DNA of 64,000 nucleotides, taken from positions 110,114,001 to 110,178,000 of the forward strand of contig NC_087437.1 in assembly GCF_036321535.1 (NCBI RefSeq), in the 5' to 3' direction. Positions within the stretch are counted from its first letter, which is position 1; each line of letters opens with the position of its first letter. Shown one piece after another: positions 14,566 through 25,479 of the stretch. Source of the DNA: Camelus dromedarius. Its lineage: Eukaryota. Under the pieces are notes generated by a model. That model saw nothing but the letters and a program-made list of their open reading frames with translations. It was not told the DNA's origin and did no database searches. The translations under genes were made by a program, and so were the position numbers.

Positions 14566-14721
14566 ATGTGCGGCTACTACGGAAACTACTATGGGAGCCG
14601 TGGCTATGGCTGCTGTGGCTGCAGAGGCCTGGGCTGCGGCTGTGGGTCCTGCTATGGCTGTGGCTTCCGCAGACTGGGCTGTGGCTGTGGCTGTGGCTCT
14701 GGCTTTGGCTACTACTATTGA
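14566..14721 (+). CDS. KRTAP6: Keratin-associated protein 6 family (high Gly-Tyr), copy 1, 51 aa, Cys-shifted
   Basis: Manual translation from [59 protein letters not shown]. It has the KAP6 signatures [18 protein letters not shown] and C-terminal GYYY. TATAAT at 14483 and AATAAA at 15011. This frame is absent from the ORF track. Paralog number cannot be assigned by eye. Confidence 0.93.
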   Translation: MCGYYGNYYGSRGYGCCGCRGLGCGCGSCYGCGFRRLGCGCGCGSGFGYYY

Positions 14722-15010
14722 GGACACCATGGAAGACCTCATCCTCTACAACTGGACTCCAGGATTCCCCGATTCTAAACCCCTCAAAGCCTGTGCCTTT
14801 CCCTTGGGTGACAAGTAGCCTGAATCTTAGAAGTTTACTATGATCTGTTGTTGAACTACTATCTAACCTAAAAATTCCCTGAATTTGCCTCATGAAATGG
14901 GAGATGGTGAAACTCACCCGTGACTGTACAGTTTTGTTTTCATCAGGATGATGGTGTTATGGCAACTGCTTTAATGACACTCATGCTGGAGCTTGTTTTT
15001 CTGTTGACCT

Positions 15011-15016
15011 AATAAA
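15011..15016 (+). terminator. Polyadenylation signal of KRTAP6 copy 1 (equivalents at 25017, 35139, 42579, 51781, 60480)
   Basis: AATAAA about 270-290 nt after each stop codon, in a conserved GTTGACCTAATAAA context in four copies. Confidence 0.75.
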
Positions 15017-15494
15017 GTTGCTCAATCTCAACAGCAATCTTGGTTTGGGTGTCAGTTATTTGATGTCCCAAGTATCTTACTGACATGTTTTGGGTTCAGT
15101 TGGCAAGAAAGTTAACAATTGTATCCTTAAGGAGATATTTCCTATTATTATTTCTAAGTCACCTTCTTGACCCATTGTCAACTGTCTTGAGAAATTAACT
15201 TACTTTTTGTAAACTTTCGTTTCCTTCTCTGTACTAAGAGAATGAAATTTGTTATGCAGGTTAACTCTCAACACTAAATACATTCTTATTTATAAACTCA
15301 GTGAAAGATTATAAAAATAAAAATAATACTTTTCCAATTTTCATATTCATATATCTCTTATAATAAGTGAATGTTGTACTATTCTTCTATACTTCAAATA
15401 CCTTTTTAAAAAATATTTTGATGAAAGAAACAATCTAAGAAATGTCTTTATAATCTATTACATCCTAAAGTAGTAGTTGATTATAAAGCTATTT

Positions 15495-16033
15495 TTCCTA
15501 CATAGTGGGCCAGAATAATTATGTAAAAACTACATTTCTTTTACATACTGAAAGTTTCAAGGTCTCATAATGCAGTAGCCAAGGTGTTGGTCAGATCTGT
15601 GGTCTCATCTGTGTCCCAGAAGATGAAAAATCTGCTTCCGAGTTTACCTACTTGGCAGAATTTCATTCCTTGTGGTGGTATAACTGATGGGCTCAACATT
15701 GACTGCTGGTGGGAAGTCTTTGCTGGAGGCCAGCTTCAACTCCAAGAAGTTACCTATACGTCCTTGACATGTGGGTTCCCAAATATGGTAGCTTGTTTTC
15801 ACAGAACCAGGAAGGGAGGGAAGACACTCCAGCAATATGCGTGCTACAAGCCCATATAATTCTATGTAACAGAATCACAAATGCACAATCATATATACTT
15901 TGTTACAATTGCCATATTCAATTGGTTAGAAGTAAGTTGCAAGTCTTGCCCACAGTCAAGAGGAGGGCATCGCACAGATCACTGACATCAAGAGGCAGAA
16001 ATCATGGTAGCACCTTAATTGTCTGCCCACCAC
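15495..16033 (-). mobile_element. MaLR (MLT1-type) LTR; truncated homologues at ~25100-25460, ~42655-43050, ~51857-52250
   Basis: Motifs ggcagaatttcattccttgtgg, gttagaagtaagt...cttgcccaca and terminal gtctgcccacca. Confidence 0.65.
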
Positions 16034-16544
16034 TGATAGCATGTTGTACATCCTTCCAGTGAGAATTAGGAGTTTTCCCGCATTTGCAGTGCTCTGGAAC
16101 AATTTATAGAACATTTGGAGTATCTTGTCATTGAAAATTTGGTAGAATTTCCCTGAATAATTATCTGGATCTGCAATATTTTGTACAGTATTTCTTTAAT
16201 AACTTTTTTTGGTTTCTTCGAGGAAATCAGTCTCTTTATAATTTCTAAACATAATGGTGTCAATTTCATTAATCTGTATTTCCCTAGAAAATTCCCTATT
16301 GTATCTAGATTTTCAAATTTATAGCAATAAACATCTGCAAAATAGATTCATACAGTTTTTTAAACTTCTTGTTTTTGTGTTTATTTCTCTTTTGTCTTTT
16401 TCTTATTTTGTATATACTTCCTATTCAGTTTTTGCCTTGACAAAGTGATTTATCAATGTTAAGCTTTTCAAATAGTAGCATTTTAATCATTTGTAAGGTC
16501 TATTTTTTTCCTCTTATCTATTTTGTTAATTTTTGTTTTTATTC

Positions 16545-19120
16545 ATTCAGCCACCTTCTGTCTTTTGATTGGAGCATTTAATTCACTAACATTTTAAAGT
16601 GATTATTGATAAGTATATACTAATTGAAATTTTGTTACTTGTTTCCTGATTTTTGTTGTAGTTTTTTCCTATTCTTTTTTTCTTCTATAAATTTATTCCT
16701 TTGTGATATAATGGTTTTCATTAGTAGTATGCTTGTGTTCTTTTATCTCTAGTATTTGTCTATTTTAGGTTTTTGATTTGTGGTTACCATGGAGTTCATA
16801 TATGTTGACTTATAACTATATGTGCGTGTTTTAATCTGGTAGTCAGTGAAGTTCAAGCACATTCTAAACATCTACAATTTTGTTTACTCTCCTCCCCTGT
16901 ATATTGTGTTTTTTGATATCATGTTTTACATCTTCATGTTTATCTGTTAGTAACTATTTAGTTACAGATTTTATCATTTTTTGTGTTTTAATCTTTGTAG
17001 TAGCTTATTTAAGTGTTTGATCCATAGCCTTACTATATATTTGCTTTTACTAGTGAGTTGTTTTTTTTTTTTTCTTATAAATACTTACTTCTTCTTGTAG
17101 CCATTTCTTTTCTACTAGAGACAACCCTTTAACGTTTGTTTTAGAGCTGGTTTAGTATTGATGAACTCTTTCAGACTGCTTGTCTGAGAATTTCTTTATC
17201 TCTTCTTCAACTCTGGATAATAATCTTACTGGATAGAGTATCCTAGATTGTAAATTTTTCCCCTTCAGCACTTGGAATATCTTATGATGCTCACTTCTGG
17301 CCTGAAAACTTTCTAAAGAAAAAAAATCATCTAATAGCAGTATCAGGGTTCCACTCTTTGTTTTTCTCTTGCCATCCTTAGAATTCTCTCTTTATCTTTA
17401 ACTTTTACTTTTTTAACTATGATATGTCTTCATGTGCAATTTTTTTAGTTCATCTTTTGGGGACTCTTGGTGATTCCTATACCTGGATAACTGTTTCTTA
17501 TTTCATGTTTGAGTAGTTTTCAGCCATAATTTTATCAAATTTATTTTCTACAACTTCTTTTTGGGAGCCCATTAATGTATATATAAGTATGCTTAATGTA
17601 CCATTTTCACTCTTTAAATTTGTTTTTCTTTTTGCTGTTGTGAGTGGGTGATTCCTGTTATTCTATCTTCCAGATCATTTATGTGTTCTTCTCTATCACC
17701 TAGTCTGCTGATATTCCCTTCTAGTGTGCTTTTTATTTCAGATGTTTTATTCTTCAGCTCTTATTGATTCTTTTCTATATTTTTAGATCTTTATTAAAAT
17801 TCTTACTATGTTCAGGTGTTATCTTCCTTAGTTCAGTTTGCATTCTTATTACTAACACTTTGAACTATATCTGGTAAATTATTTATCTCTGTTTTATTAT
17901 TTTCTGGGGGTTTCTCTTGTTCTTTGATTGGAAACAAATCCTTCTGTTTTATTATTTTGCTTAACTCTCTCTGTCTTTATGAAATTAGGTGAAATAGTTA
18001 CCTGTCAAAGTCTTGAAGGTGTGTCTTTGTGTGAGTGTATCCTTATACAGTTTGTGTGTGCCCAATGGCTTTGATAAGAGAGCTGGATCTAGAGCAAGTA
18101 TGAGTCACACCTTTTCTCAGTCTGTGCAGCAGCTATCATTTTGGTAGGAGGTGGGGCTGGAGATGAAGGAGCTAGATCCAGAGCCAGGAGTGAGCTGGGG
18201 TTTCTCCTATGCTTACTGACCTACACCACCCCATAGGAGGCAGAGTCAGATTACAAGGTGCTGGAGCAGAAGCCCTGAGGATGGGTTTTGAGCTGAATCT
18301 TTTCCCTTTAAGTGTATGCTCTCCTCTTTCTCAGCATCAGCACCTTTGCCCCAGAAAGGTGTAGGACTGGGACCTGGGCAGGCACCTAGATTGGGCAGAA
18401 GCACACTCTGGGGAGGTCCCAGCATACTGGTCAGAGTTCCAGACTGCTCCTAATCTGCTACCTTTGAGAGTGCCAGCAATGTCTACTCCCACCTTGTTCA
18501 GACTTGGCACTGGATCTGATTTGGCTCTGTCCCCTCAATCTGCACACTCTCCTCAGCAGTGACAGCCTTTGCCTTAGTGGAGAACTGCACCATGGAGAAA
18601 GGTGGACTGGATTGGTCACTTGATATAGGCTGAGGGGCATGCTGCTGTGGTGATGGGAAAGAAGCCAGAGTCCCAGGCAGTCTCAATCTGCTTCCTTCAC
18701 CTAGTTTCATGAGCAAACAAATGTGTGTGCACTCTTCACAAGCAGAGTCTAATTTTCTCACTGCCCTTCTGCCAGCCCCTTTGGAAACCAGCCATTTGGA
18801 CTCATCTTCTCAATGTCAAACCCCGGTGCTGGGGTACTCAATATGTGGTTCAAACTACTCAGTCACCAGGGAGGATCTACAAGCCTGTGTGATCCCACCC
18901 ACTTCTGCGTCCCCTCCTAGGGGCACAGATCCTTAACTAATTGCTTCACTTCCCCTCCTACCTAACTTCCTGTGGATTATTCTTTACAGCCTTGATTGTA
19001 TGAGACTGTTTCTGCCCGTCTCTAGTTTGTTTCCAGTGAGAATTGCTCCACATGTAGATGTATTTTTGATGTGTTCCTGGGGAAGGTGAGCTCAGGGTCC
19101 TCCATATTGATCTCCTCCTT
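16545..19120 (-). mobile_element. LINE-1 5' portion (5'UTR, decayed ORF1, start of ORF2), 3'-deleted
   Basis: Antisense L1 text (cttttgattggagcatttaa; ttttcccttcagcactt...cttctggcctg; ttttcagccataatt). A GC-richer 5'UTR-like segment at 18050-19110 ends in the typical 5'-end motif ttttgatgtgttcctggggaaggtgagctc. Absent from units 2-4. Confidence 0.75.
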
Positions 19121-20004
19121 TGGTTTTGCATGATTTTAGTCTACCCAAGCCACTGCCTGATTATAAAACACATCAGATCTCTTTCCAAAACACAAGCAGC
19201 AATTGATTCTGTCAAAATTTTACTAAAACAGACCTCAAATTTTGTATCTTCCTGTGGTAATGTGAGAACAACAGAAGCCACCAGAGAATGTGTGCAGCTA
19301 TAATGCGCGAGCTCAAGTACATACTATCAATGAGGAAAAGAATCATTAATAATATGAAATTTAGAAGAAAAAATTACATCTGTCTACATGCACATCCAAA
19401 TGCCAAACATCAAGAAAGAATTAGGTAGTAAAATAATAGCATGAAATTGTGAGAAGAGAGGCACAAAACTTTGCCAAATCTTTAGTCAAACTTTGGAAAT
19501 ACCAAAGATATGGCTTTGGATAGATCAAGGTAGATAATAGTAGCCCTAGGAAATGCTTCCAAACACACATATTAGGAAAGTAGTGGTTGTGTATAACCAT
19601 TCATCTATGCATCAAAATTATCAACTATAGATGGCGAAAGAGTCAGCAATTCCACACACGTAAAACCACATATTTATAAGAAATGTAGATAACTATACAC
19701 AAAAATGTAGCAATATGAAAGCCAATTATGTTTAATAAATAATGAATTTAGACATTTTCCAAAATGAAAATAGTTTAAATTATTTTTATTCAGTTATGTA
19801 ACACTAACAAAATATGAAATGAATATTTTTTAAATTGTTGGAAATTCAGGAAATTCTATCAAAAAAAGTCTGATGTTGCATGATAGTCTAAGATTCAGTA
19901 GTCATTGTTTGAACAGACAAGAACATCCATTTTACAACTAATGCAGGAGGTACACATGGTGCCTCATCAGAGAACATCCTGAACAGATGAGCATCTAGAA
20001 CTTC

Positions 20005-20151
20005 TCAGTAGAAGCCAGAAGACCAGTATCTTCCATAGCAGCATGGGTGGTAGCAGGCATAGCCATAGCCACCGTAGCCACATCCATAGCCACATCCCAG
20101 GCCACCATAGCCATAGCCCAGGCCACCACAGTAGTTGTTGTAGAAGCTCAT
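20005..20151 (-). CDS. KRTAP22-1: KRTAP22-1-like (KAP22/KAP20 type, high Gly-Tyr), copy A, 48 aa
   Basis: [48 protein letters not shown]. The MSFxNNY start, GYGYACY motif and 48-aa length match KRTAP22-1 as I recall it, and the C-terminal CYGRYWS.GFY is also KAP20-like. Minus-strand TATATAA at 20227-20233 and AATAAA at 19785-19790. Confidence 0.9.
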   Translation of the reverse strand: MSFYNNYCGGLGYGYGGLGCGYGCGYGGYGYACYHPCCYGRYWSSGFY

Positions 20152-20219
20152 AATGTGAGGATAAGGAGGCTCAGTTGAAGGCAGAGTCAATTTCTAGTGT
20201 TTTAAATTTAAAATCTGCA

Positions 20220-20430
20220 CAGGACCTTATATACCAAAAGAGTGGTATGTGGGCCAAACCACAGGCTCTCTTCTATTTATATTCTAAACTAATTGGCATT
20301 AAAACGATCTCAATAATTCATCATAACTAATATATCTAAGCCAAAACAACTCTTTTTTGTGTCATGATGCCTATCACAAAATCATATGCCTTTAATGATA
20401 GATTCTTCTCCTAATTTGGTGGCTTATTTA
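20220..20430 (-). promoter_or_regulatory. KRTAP22-like proximal promoter (copy A; homologues at ~29935-30130, ~47425-47640, ~56825-57030)
   Basis: TATATAA about 76 nt upstream of the ATG on the minus strand, plus about 200 bp of upstream sequence conserved across all four copies. Confidence 0.65.
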
Positions 20431-21755
20431 TTCCAGATTGCAAATTAAAGCTACATTACTATCATGTGGTCAATTAGCCATGCATATTCTTGTTGAAAAT
20501 ATTAGTTTAATTTAATAATATCCTCCATCAATCTACATATATGCTGTCTTGGGAGCGAAAGTGTGGATTTAAAGGGGAAGAGAAGGAAGAAGAGTTTGTA
20601 GGGGGAAAGACATTGTAGAAGAATTCACTTGTTTAACATTGAATAACTAACTGTTTTATCTGGCTTATTATTTATTTTTTTTTTTTTGAGGAGCAATATT
20701 ATACACTACAGTTTGGTTTATACTTCACATAAACATATACCCATAATTTTATATTTGACACAAAACCAGGGTAGATACCCTAAAGTTTAACCCCATTAAC
20801 TGCAGATATATAGAAAAGCAAAGACAATCTATTAGAAATACATGTTTAAAAATGATTCTCAAAATTATGAATGATTTATTGATGTGATGTACCTCCTAAT
20901 ACGTTGCCCTGAAGAAGGCACATCTCTTCTGGGGCTCTTGCCAAAAATATAACTTCAGTCTAAGTATGAGAAAATTTCAAACAAACCCAAATGGTGGAAT
21001 ATTCCACAAAATATCTGACTCTTCATGAAATTCAGGTTAACCAGAGGAACTGTCACTAATTAGAGCGGTCTGAAAATATAGACAACTATATTCAGTGTGA
21101 ATTGGATCCTGGAAACAAACCAAAACAACAACAACAACCACAACAACAACAACACTACTAATAAACAAATATGATGAAATAAAAATCCATGGTTAAGAGC
21201 ATAGTACAAAGTTCATTTCTTTGGTTTGATAAACTTACTATGGTTATGAAAGATGTTCATATTAGGTGACATTAAGTAAGTAATGTGTATAATACAATTT
21301 TTGTGTCATCTTGGTAACATTCAGTAAATTTAAAATTATTTCAATATATGAAGTTCAAAATAAATATAAGATTGCTCTTCCATTTCATTGATTTGATCAT
21401 CTATGACTTCTTCATACATCAAACGTTATTAAGAAGCAACTGTATACTGGGCACTATTATGAGAACTGGGGATGGAGAAGTGATCATGGTAGACAAGATC
21501 ACTATTGTAATGGAGCTTATATTCTAGGTTAAGCCAGGTCAGGAAATTCAACAGACAGGTAAGCTATTCTTGCTGTTCCTTAAAAAGCTCAAGGGCAGAG
21601 AGTTTATGGTGGAAAAAAACTAGGTCCATTTAACGAGTTGAAAAGCTACTAAGATCTGTGAATTTTAATGAAGAGGAAGGGTGTTAGCAGATAAGCTCAT
21701 GGGTGTGGTCATGGCTGTGACACATTGGACCATGATAGCTATGTTTTCTAAGTTT

Positions 21756-21947
21756 TGGGTTGCTAAATGTAGCAAATAAAAATGCAAGACAACCATTAAA
21801 TCTGAGTGTCAGATAAACAAATTATTTTAGCATAAATATTCTCCTTGCATTCTTTGGGAAATTCAATATTCTGAATTTCCAAATTGAACTTCAGTATTAT
21901 GACAATGAAATTTAACTGCATGTCTGGTGTTTACTCTAGCAATCCCA
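21756..21947. mobile_element. MER53-like non-autonomous DNA transposon; homologues at ~31838-32010, ~49123-49293, partial ~57815-57945
   Basis: Termini gggttgctaaatgtagcaaataaaaat...gaaatttaactg...tctagcaatccc match the palindromic MER53 consensus as I recall it. Confidence 0.65.
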
Positions 21948-24329
21948 ATGTGGGAATACATTGAAGGATTATGTTAAAGGAGGTTCATGACCTGATTTGT
22001 GCCATGCATGCTTTGAGATGTAGAAAAAATAATGAAACAGACTGGGTAGTATAGAGAATCATGAATGTAATTTATGTTGTTAAATTTCTAATGACAATTA
22101 ATCTACAAAGATATTAGTACTAACTTGAAGACATTCAATAAAATTGGAATGTATATGAAATATATATATGAAGTAATAAGACTAAAAATGAAATGGAGAT
22201 TGATTGGAGAAAAGAATATATCCAAAAGTGATCTGTCTAAAGAGAGTTTAGCTAGACACTAGAGATTATAAGTGGGGAAAACACGTATCTGGGCCCTCTA
22301 ACAGTTGAGGGCAAAATCTGAGAAGAGAAAAAAGAAGATACAGAAGAAGCAGCTGCTGAGATTGGAAATGAAACAAAACTGTGTTTGTAGGATGAAGCTA
22401 AAGGTTGGGGTCCTATAGGAATGAAAGAAAGGTTGGTGGATCTAAATGTATTCAGAAGCTGAGTAAAATGAATGCTTGACCTCTGGATAGGGCAGGACTG
22501 AGGTCTGGATCATCTGTGCAAGGGCATCTCAGGAGAGTAGCAGAGGCCAAAGATTCACAAATATGAGTGGAAAGGTAAGGAGATATTAAAATGCCTCCAT
22601 GAAAACACACTTGTGACATTTTGCTTTGAAGTAGAATATGGCAATGGGGATTACTTTGAAGGGTATGGAGAGTGACATAAAGCTTGTTTTATTTTTGATT
22701 TGGAGTATGTTTGAGAACTGAGTGTATTCAGAACAACACACCAGAAAAGCCTGGGCGAAAAAATCATTCCAAGCAAAGCTCTCACTGCTGTAATCAGGGA
22801 GGGCAACACAATTCGTCAGAGAAAAGAATCAATTCATGGAGGAAAATTCTAAGGAGAAAAGATATAATAATGTAATTAGGAACTTGTTTTGCCCACAGAA
22901 AATGTACTCTACATCGATTTTAATCAAATATGAAAATAAAACGTTAATTATAGGTTTTATTTTCATTTTTTGATTAATTGATACAATTCACACTTAGCAA
23001 ATGTAGCCATGCGCTAAGAATTTAAATATCCTTGAAGAAGAATAATCATTATGTTATTTCAACTAGTTTTTGCTAAAAACTTGTGGTTGTCTGATTGACT
23101 TGGCACTGTGAGAGTTGAAGCTACTGCTATTTTCTATATGAGAAATTTGAAGATGCCCTCTGCTTATAGCATCTCAATCCAGTAGTGAATTAAATGTTAC
23201 AATAAGGTTTTTACTTTACAAAATTGCTCCTACCAAGAACACATGGAAATATATTCTAAAACACGTGAATGTACTGATCTGATCTTTAGCATGAAGATAT
23301 TTTTCTGTATCATTAAGATGCCATTTCCTTTTGATTCACTTGAAATAGTTACCATATTAGATGAATCAGTAATTTAAATTATCTGTGTCCATATTTTGAT
23401 TATCTACAGAGAGGGGTGGTAAGGGTGTCTAATTTCTTAAACCATCTTCACTGCAATGTAAACCAGCCCCAAATTCCACTTCCTAAATCCAGCCTAAGGT
23501 TACCCTGAGGGACATATAAAAATAATATTTTGACTAAGAACTATCATTGTATATCAGAAATCCTTGTGATATTTGAATAATGCTGCTTTCCTACATGCAT
23601 TTTCTTAAAGATACAGAATTATTTTTTCTAACTGTAACACTACAACCGTTTTTCTTTGGCTGCCCAAATGATGAGTTATCACACTGATTTCAATGAAAGT
23701 AGTTGTAATTCAAGGGTTATGCAAAAGAGCTCAGCATGCCAGGTTACAAAGCGTACTGACTGGATGTACTGAGAAAGGAATAGTTCTCTGTCTAATTTAT
23801 TGTTAACACAAATACATAACGCTAGGCTATTGAATAGTTACCTAGAATATTAACTAATCACTATATATACAATTACAGAGAAAATAACTATATAAATTGG
23901 ATTCTAGAGAATGACTTCTATTTTCACGTCCTTTAATAGAAGTTGAACATAAATGGGAATTACACTCATTGGTGTAAGTAGGAGACATTTTGTTCAGAAC
24001 TGATTCCCTTGAAATTTTAATGAGTAAAATTATTATTAGCCTTATGGGCATGAAAGATACATTATGGCTTCACATAGAAAAGACACTAAATCCCTGAAGA
24101 AAGCAATAATTTGGATCAAGAGAGAAGAAAAATTTATCATTCAAAAGGAATTTTTTTTTATAAAAAGTTATAAAATAATAACATTATTATTTAATGCCAA
24201 GAGTCTAACAAATGTTTTGTTTCTTTATGTAAGGGATGGTTCCAGCAGATTAAAATGAATGTGTGATTTGGGCAGGACTGTGTAAGTGTGAGTTGGTATC
24301 TTCTTTCATTCAAACCCTCAATTGGATAA

Positions 24330-24490
24330 GAGGAGACCAAACTGAGAAACCAAGACAGTAAGCCCCCTGGATTTCTCTCAAGCTGTATCTTATGGCTGAG
24401 GAACAACAAACTATTTAGATTAGTCATAAATTCTGGCAACGTCATGAAGGTGTGATGGGTCACGCCCACACTGAGGACATATAAAAGGCT
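24330..24490 (+). promoter_or_regulatory. KRTAP6 proximal promoter type P2 (copy 2; near-identical at ~34410-34560, ~51090-51245, ~59730-59885)
   Basis: Conserved block AACTGAGAAACCAAGACAG...TTAGTCATAAA...GGCAACGTCATGAAGGTGTG...CAC(A/G)CCCACACTGAGGAC-TATAAAA upstream of four KRTAP6 genes. Confidence 0.75.
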
Positions 24491-24574
24491 CTCTGCAGGG
24501 AGACATGTCCACCCTGAAGTGACACTTCTACTCCCTTCTCTACCCAAGGACAACCTCAACCCAACACCAACACC

Positions 24575-24730
24575 ATGTGTGGCTACTACGGAAACTACTA
24601 TGGGGGCCGTGGCTATGGCTGCTGTGGCTACGGAGGCCTGGGCTGTGGCTATGGGTCCTGCTATGGCTGTGGCTTCCGCAGACTGGGCTGTGGCTATGGG
24701 TGTGGCTCTGGCTTTGGCTACTACTATTGA
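24575..24730 (+). CDS. KRTAP6: Keratin-associated protein 6 family, copy 2, 51 aa
   Basis: Manual translation: [58 protein letters not shown] at 24480 and AATAAA at 25017. Confidence 0.95.
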   Translation: MCGYYGNYYGGRGYGCCGYGGLGCGYGSCYGCGFRRLGCGYGCGSGFGYYY

Positions 24731-25479
24731 GGACGCCATGGAAGACTCTCATCCTCTACACCAGGACCTTAGGATTCCCCAATTCTGAACCTTTCACGTT
24801 CTGTGCCTTTCCCTTGGGTGATGATTACCCTCATCGTGGAAATCTAGTATGGTCTGTTGATCTACCATCTAACCGATATGTTCTCTGAATTTATCTCATT
24901 AAGTGGGATAAAGTGAAGTTCACCAGTGACCTCAGAGTTCTCCTTTCTTCAGGCTGTTAATATCATAGTAACTACCTTGAGGGCTTCCATCATGGAGTTT
25001 GTTTCTTTGTTGACCTAATAAAATTGTTAATTCAAACAGCAGCCCTGGTTTTTATGCCAGTTATTTAATGTCCAGTATTGTCTACAGGCAGTTTTTTTTT
25101 TTTTTGGCAGAATTTTGTTCTTTGTGGTTGTATAACTGAGGGGCTCAACATTGACTGTTGGTGGGAGGCATTTGCAAGCTGTCTGCAGGAGGCTTCCTGT
25201 AGTTCCTTGACATGGTTGCTTGGTTTCTCAAAGCCAAGTAGGAGGGGAGATATTCCAGCAATGTGAGTGCTACAATCCCCATTCAATTTTATGTAACAAA
25301 ATCACATACACACAGTCATACATATTTTGATACTTTTGCCGTATTTAATGTGCTAGAAGTAAGTCACAAGTCTTGTCCACACTCAAGAGGAGGGCATCAT
25401 GCCAACCACTGACATTAAGAGGCAGAAATCAGGGCAGTACTTTGATAGTCTGCCCAGCACTGATATCAATGCTATGGAA

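Larger units (their letters stand above)
14722..24730 (+). repeat. Segmental duplication unit 1 (KRTAP6 3' flank - KRTAP22(-) - spacer - KRTAP6(+))
   Basis: Colinear similarity with units 2-4 across the 3' UTR, MaLR LTR, KRTAP22 flanks, MER53-like element and P2 promoter. This is the most divergent copy. Confidence 0.85.

Noticed and set aside
14453..14917. Ala/Val/Met-rich ([11 protein letters not shown]...), Trp/Leu-rich (WLWL...) and Ser/His-rich (SHSH...) ORFs overlapping every KRTAP6 gene, and 29738-30166 over KRTAP22 copy B
   Set aside because: Shadow frames and antisense of GGCTAT/GGCTGT repeats, which lack stop codons in other frames. They have no independent promoter or start context.
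21756..21947. MER53-like palindrome as a miRNA hairpin
   Set aside because: The arms are too degenerate and differ between units. There is no evidence beyond the family precedent.
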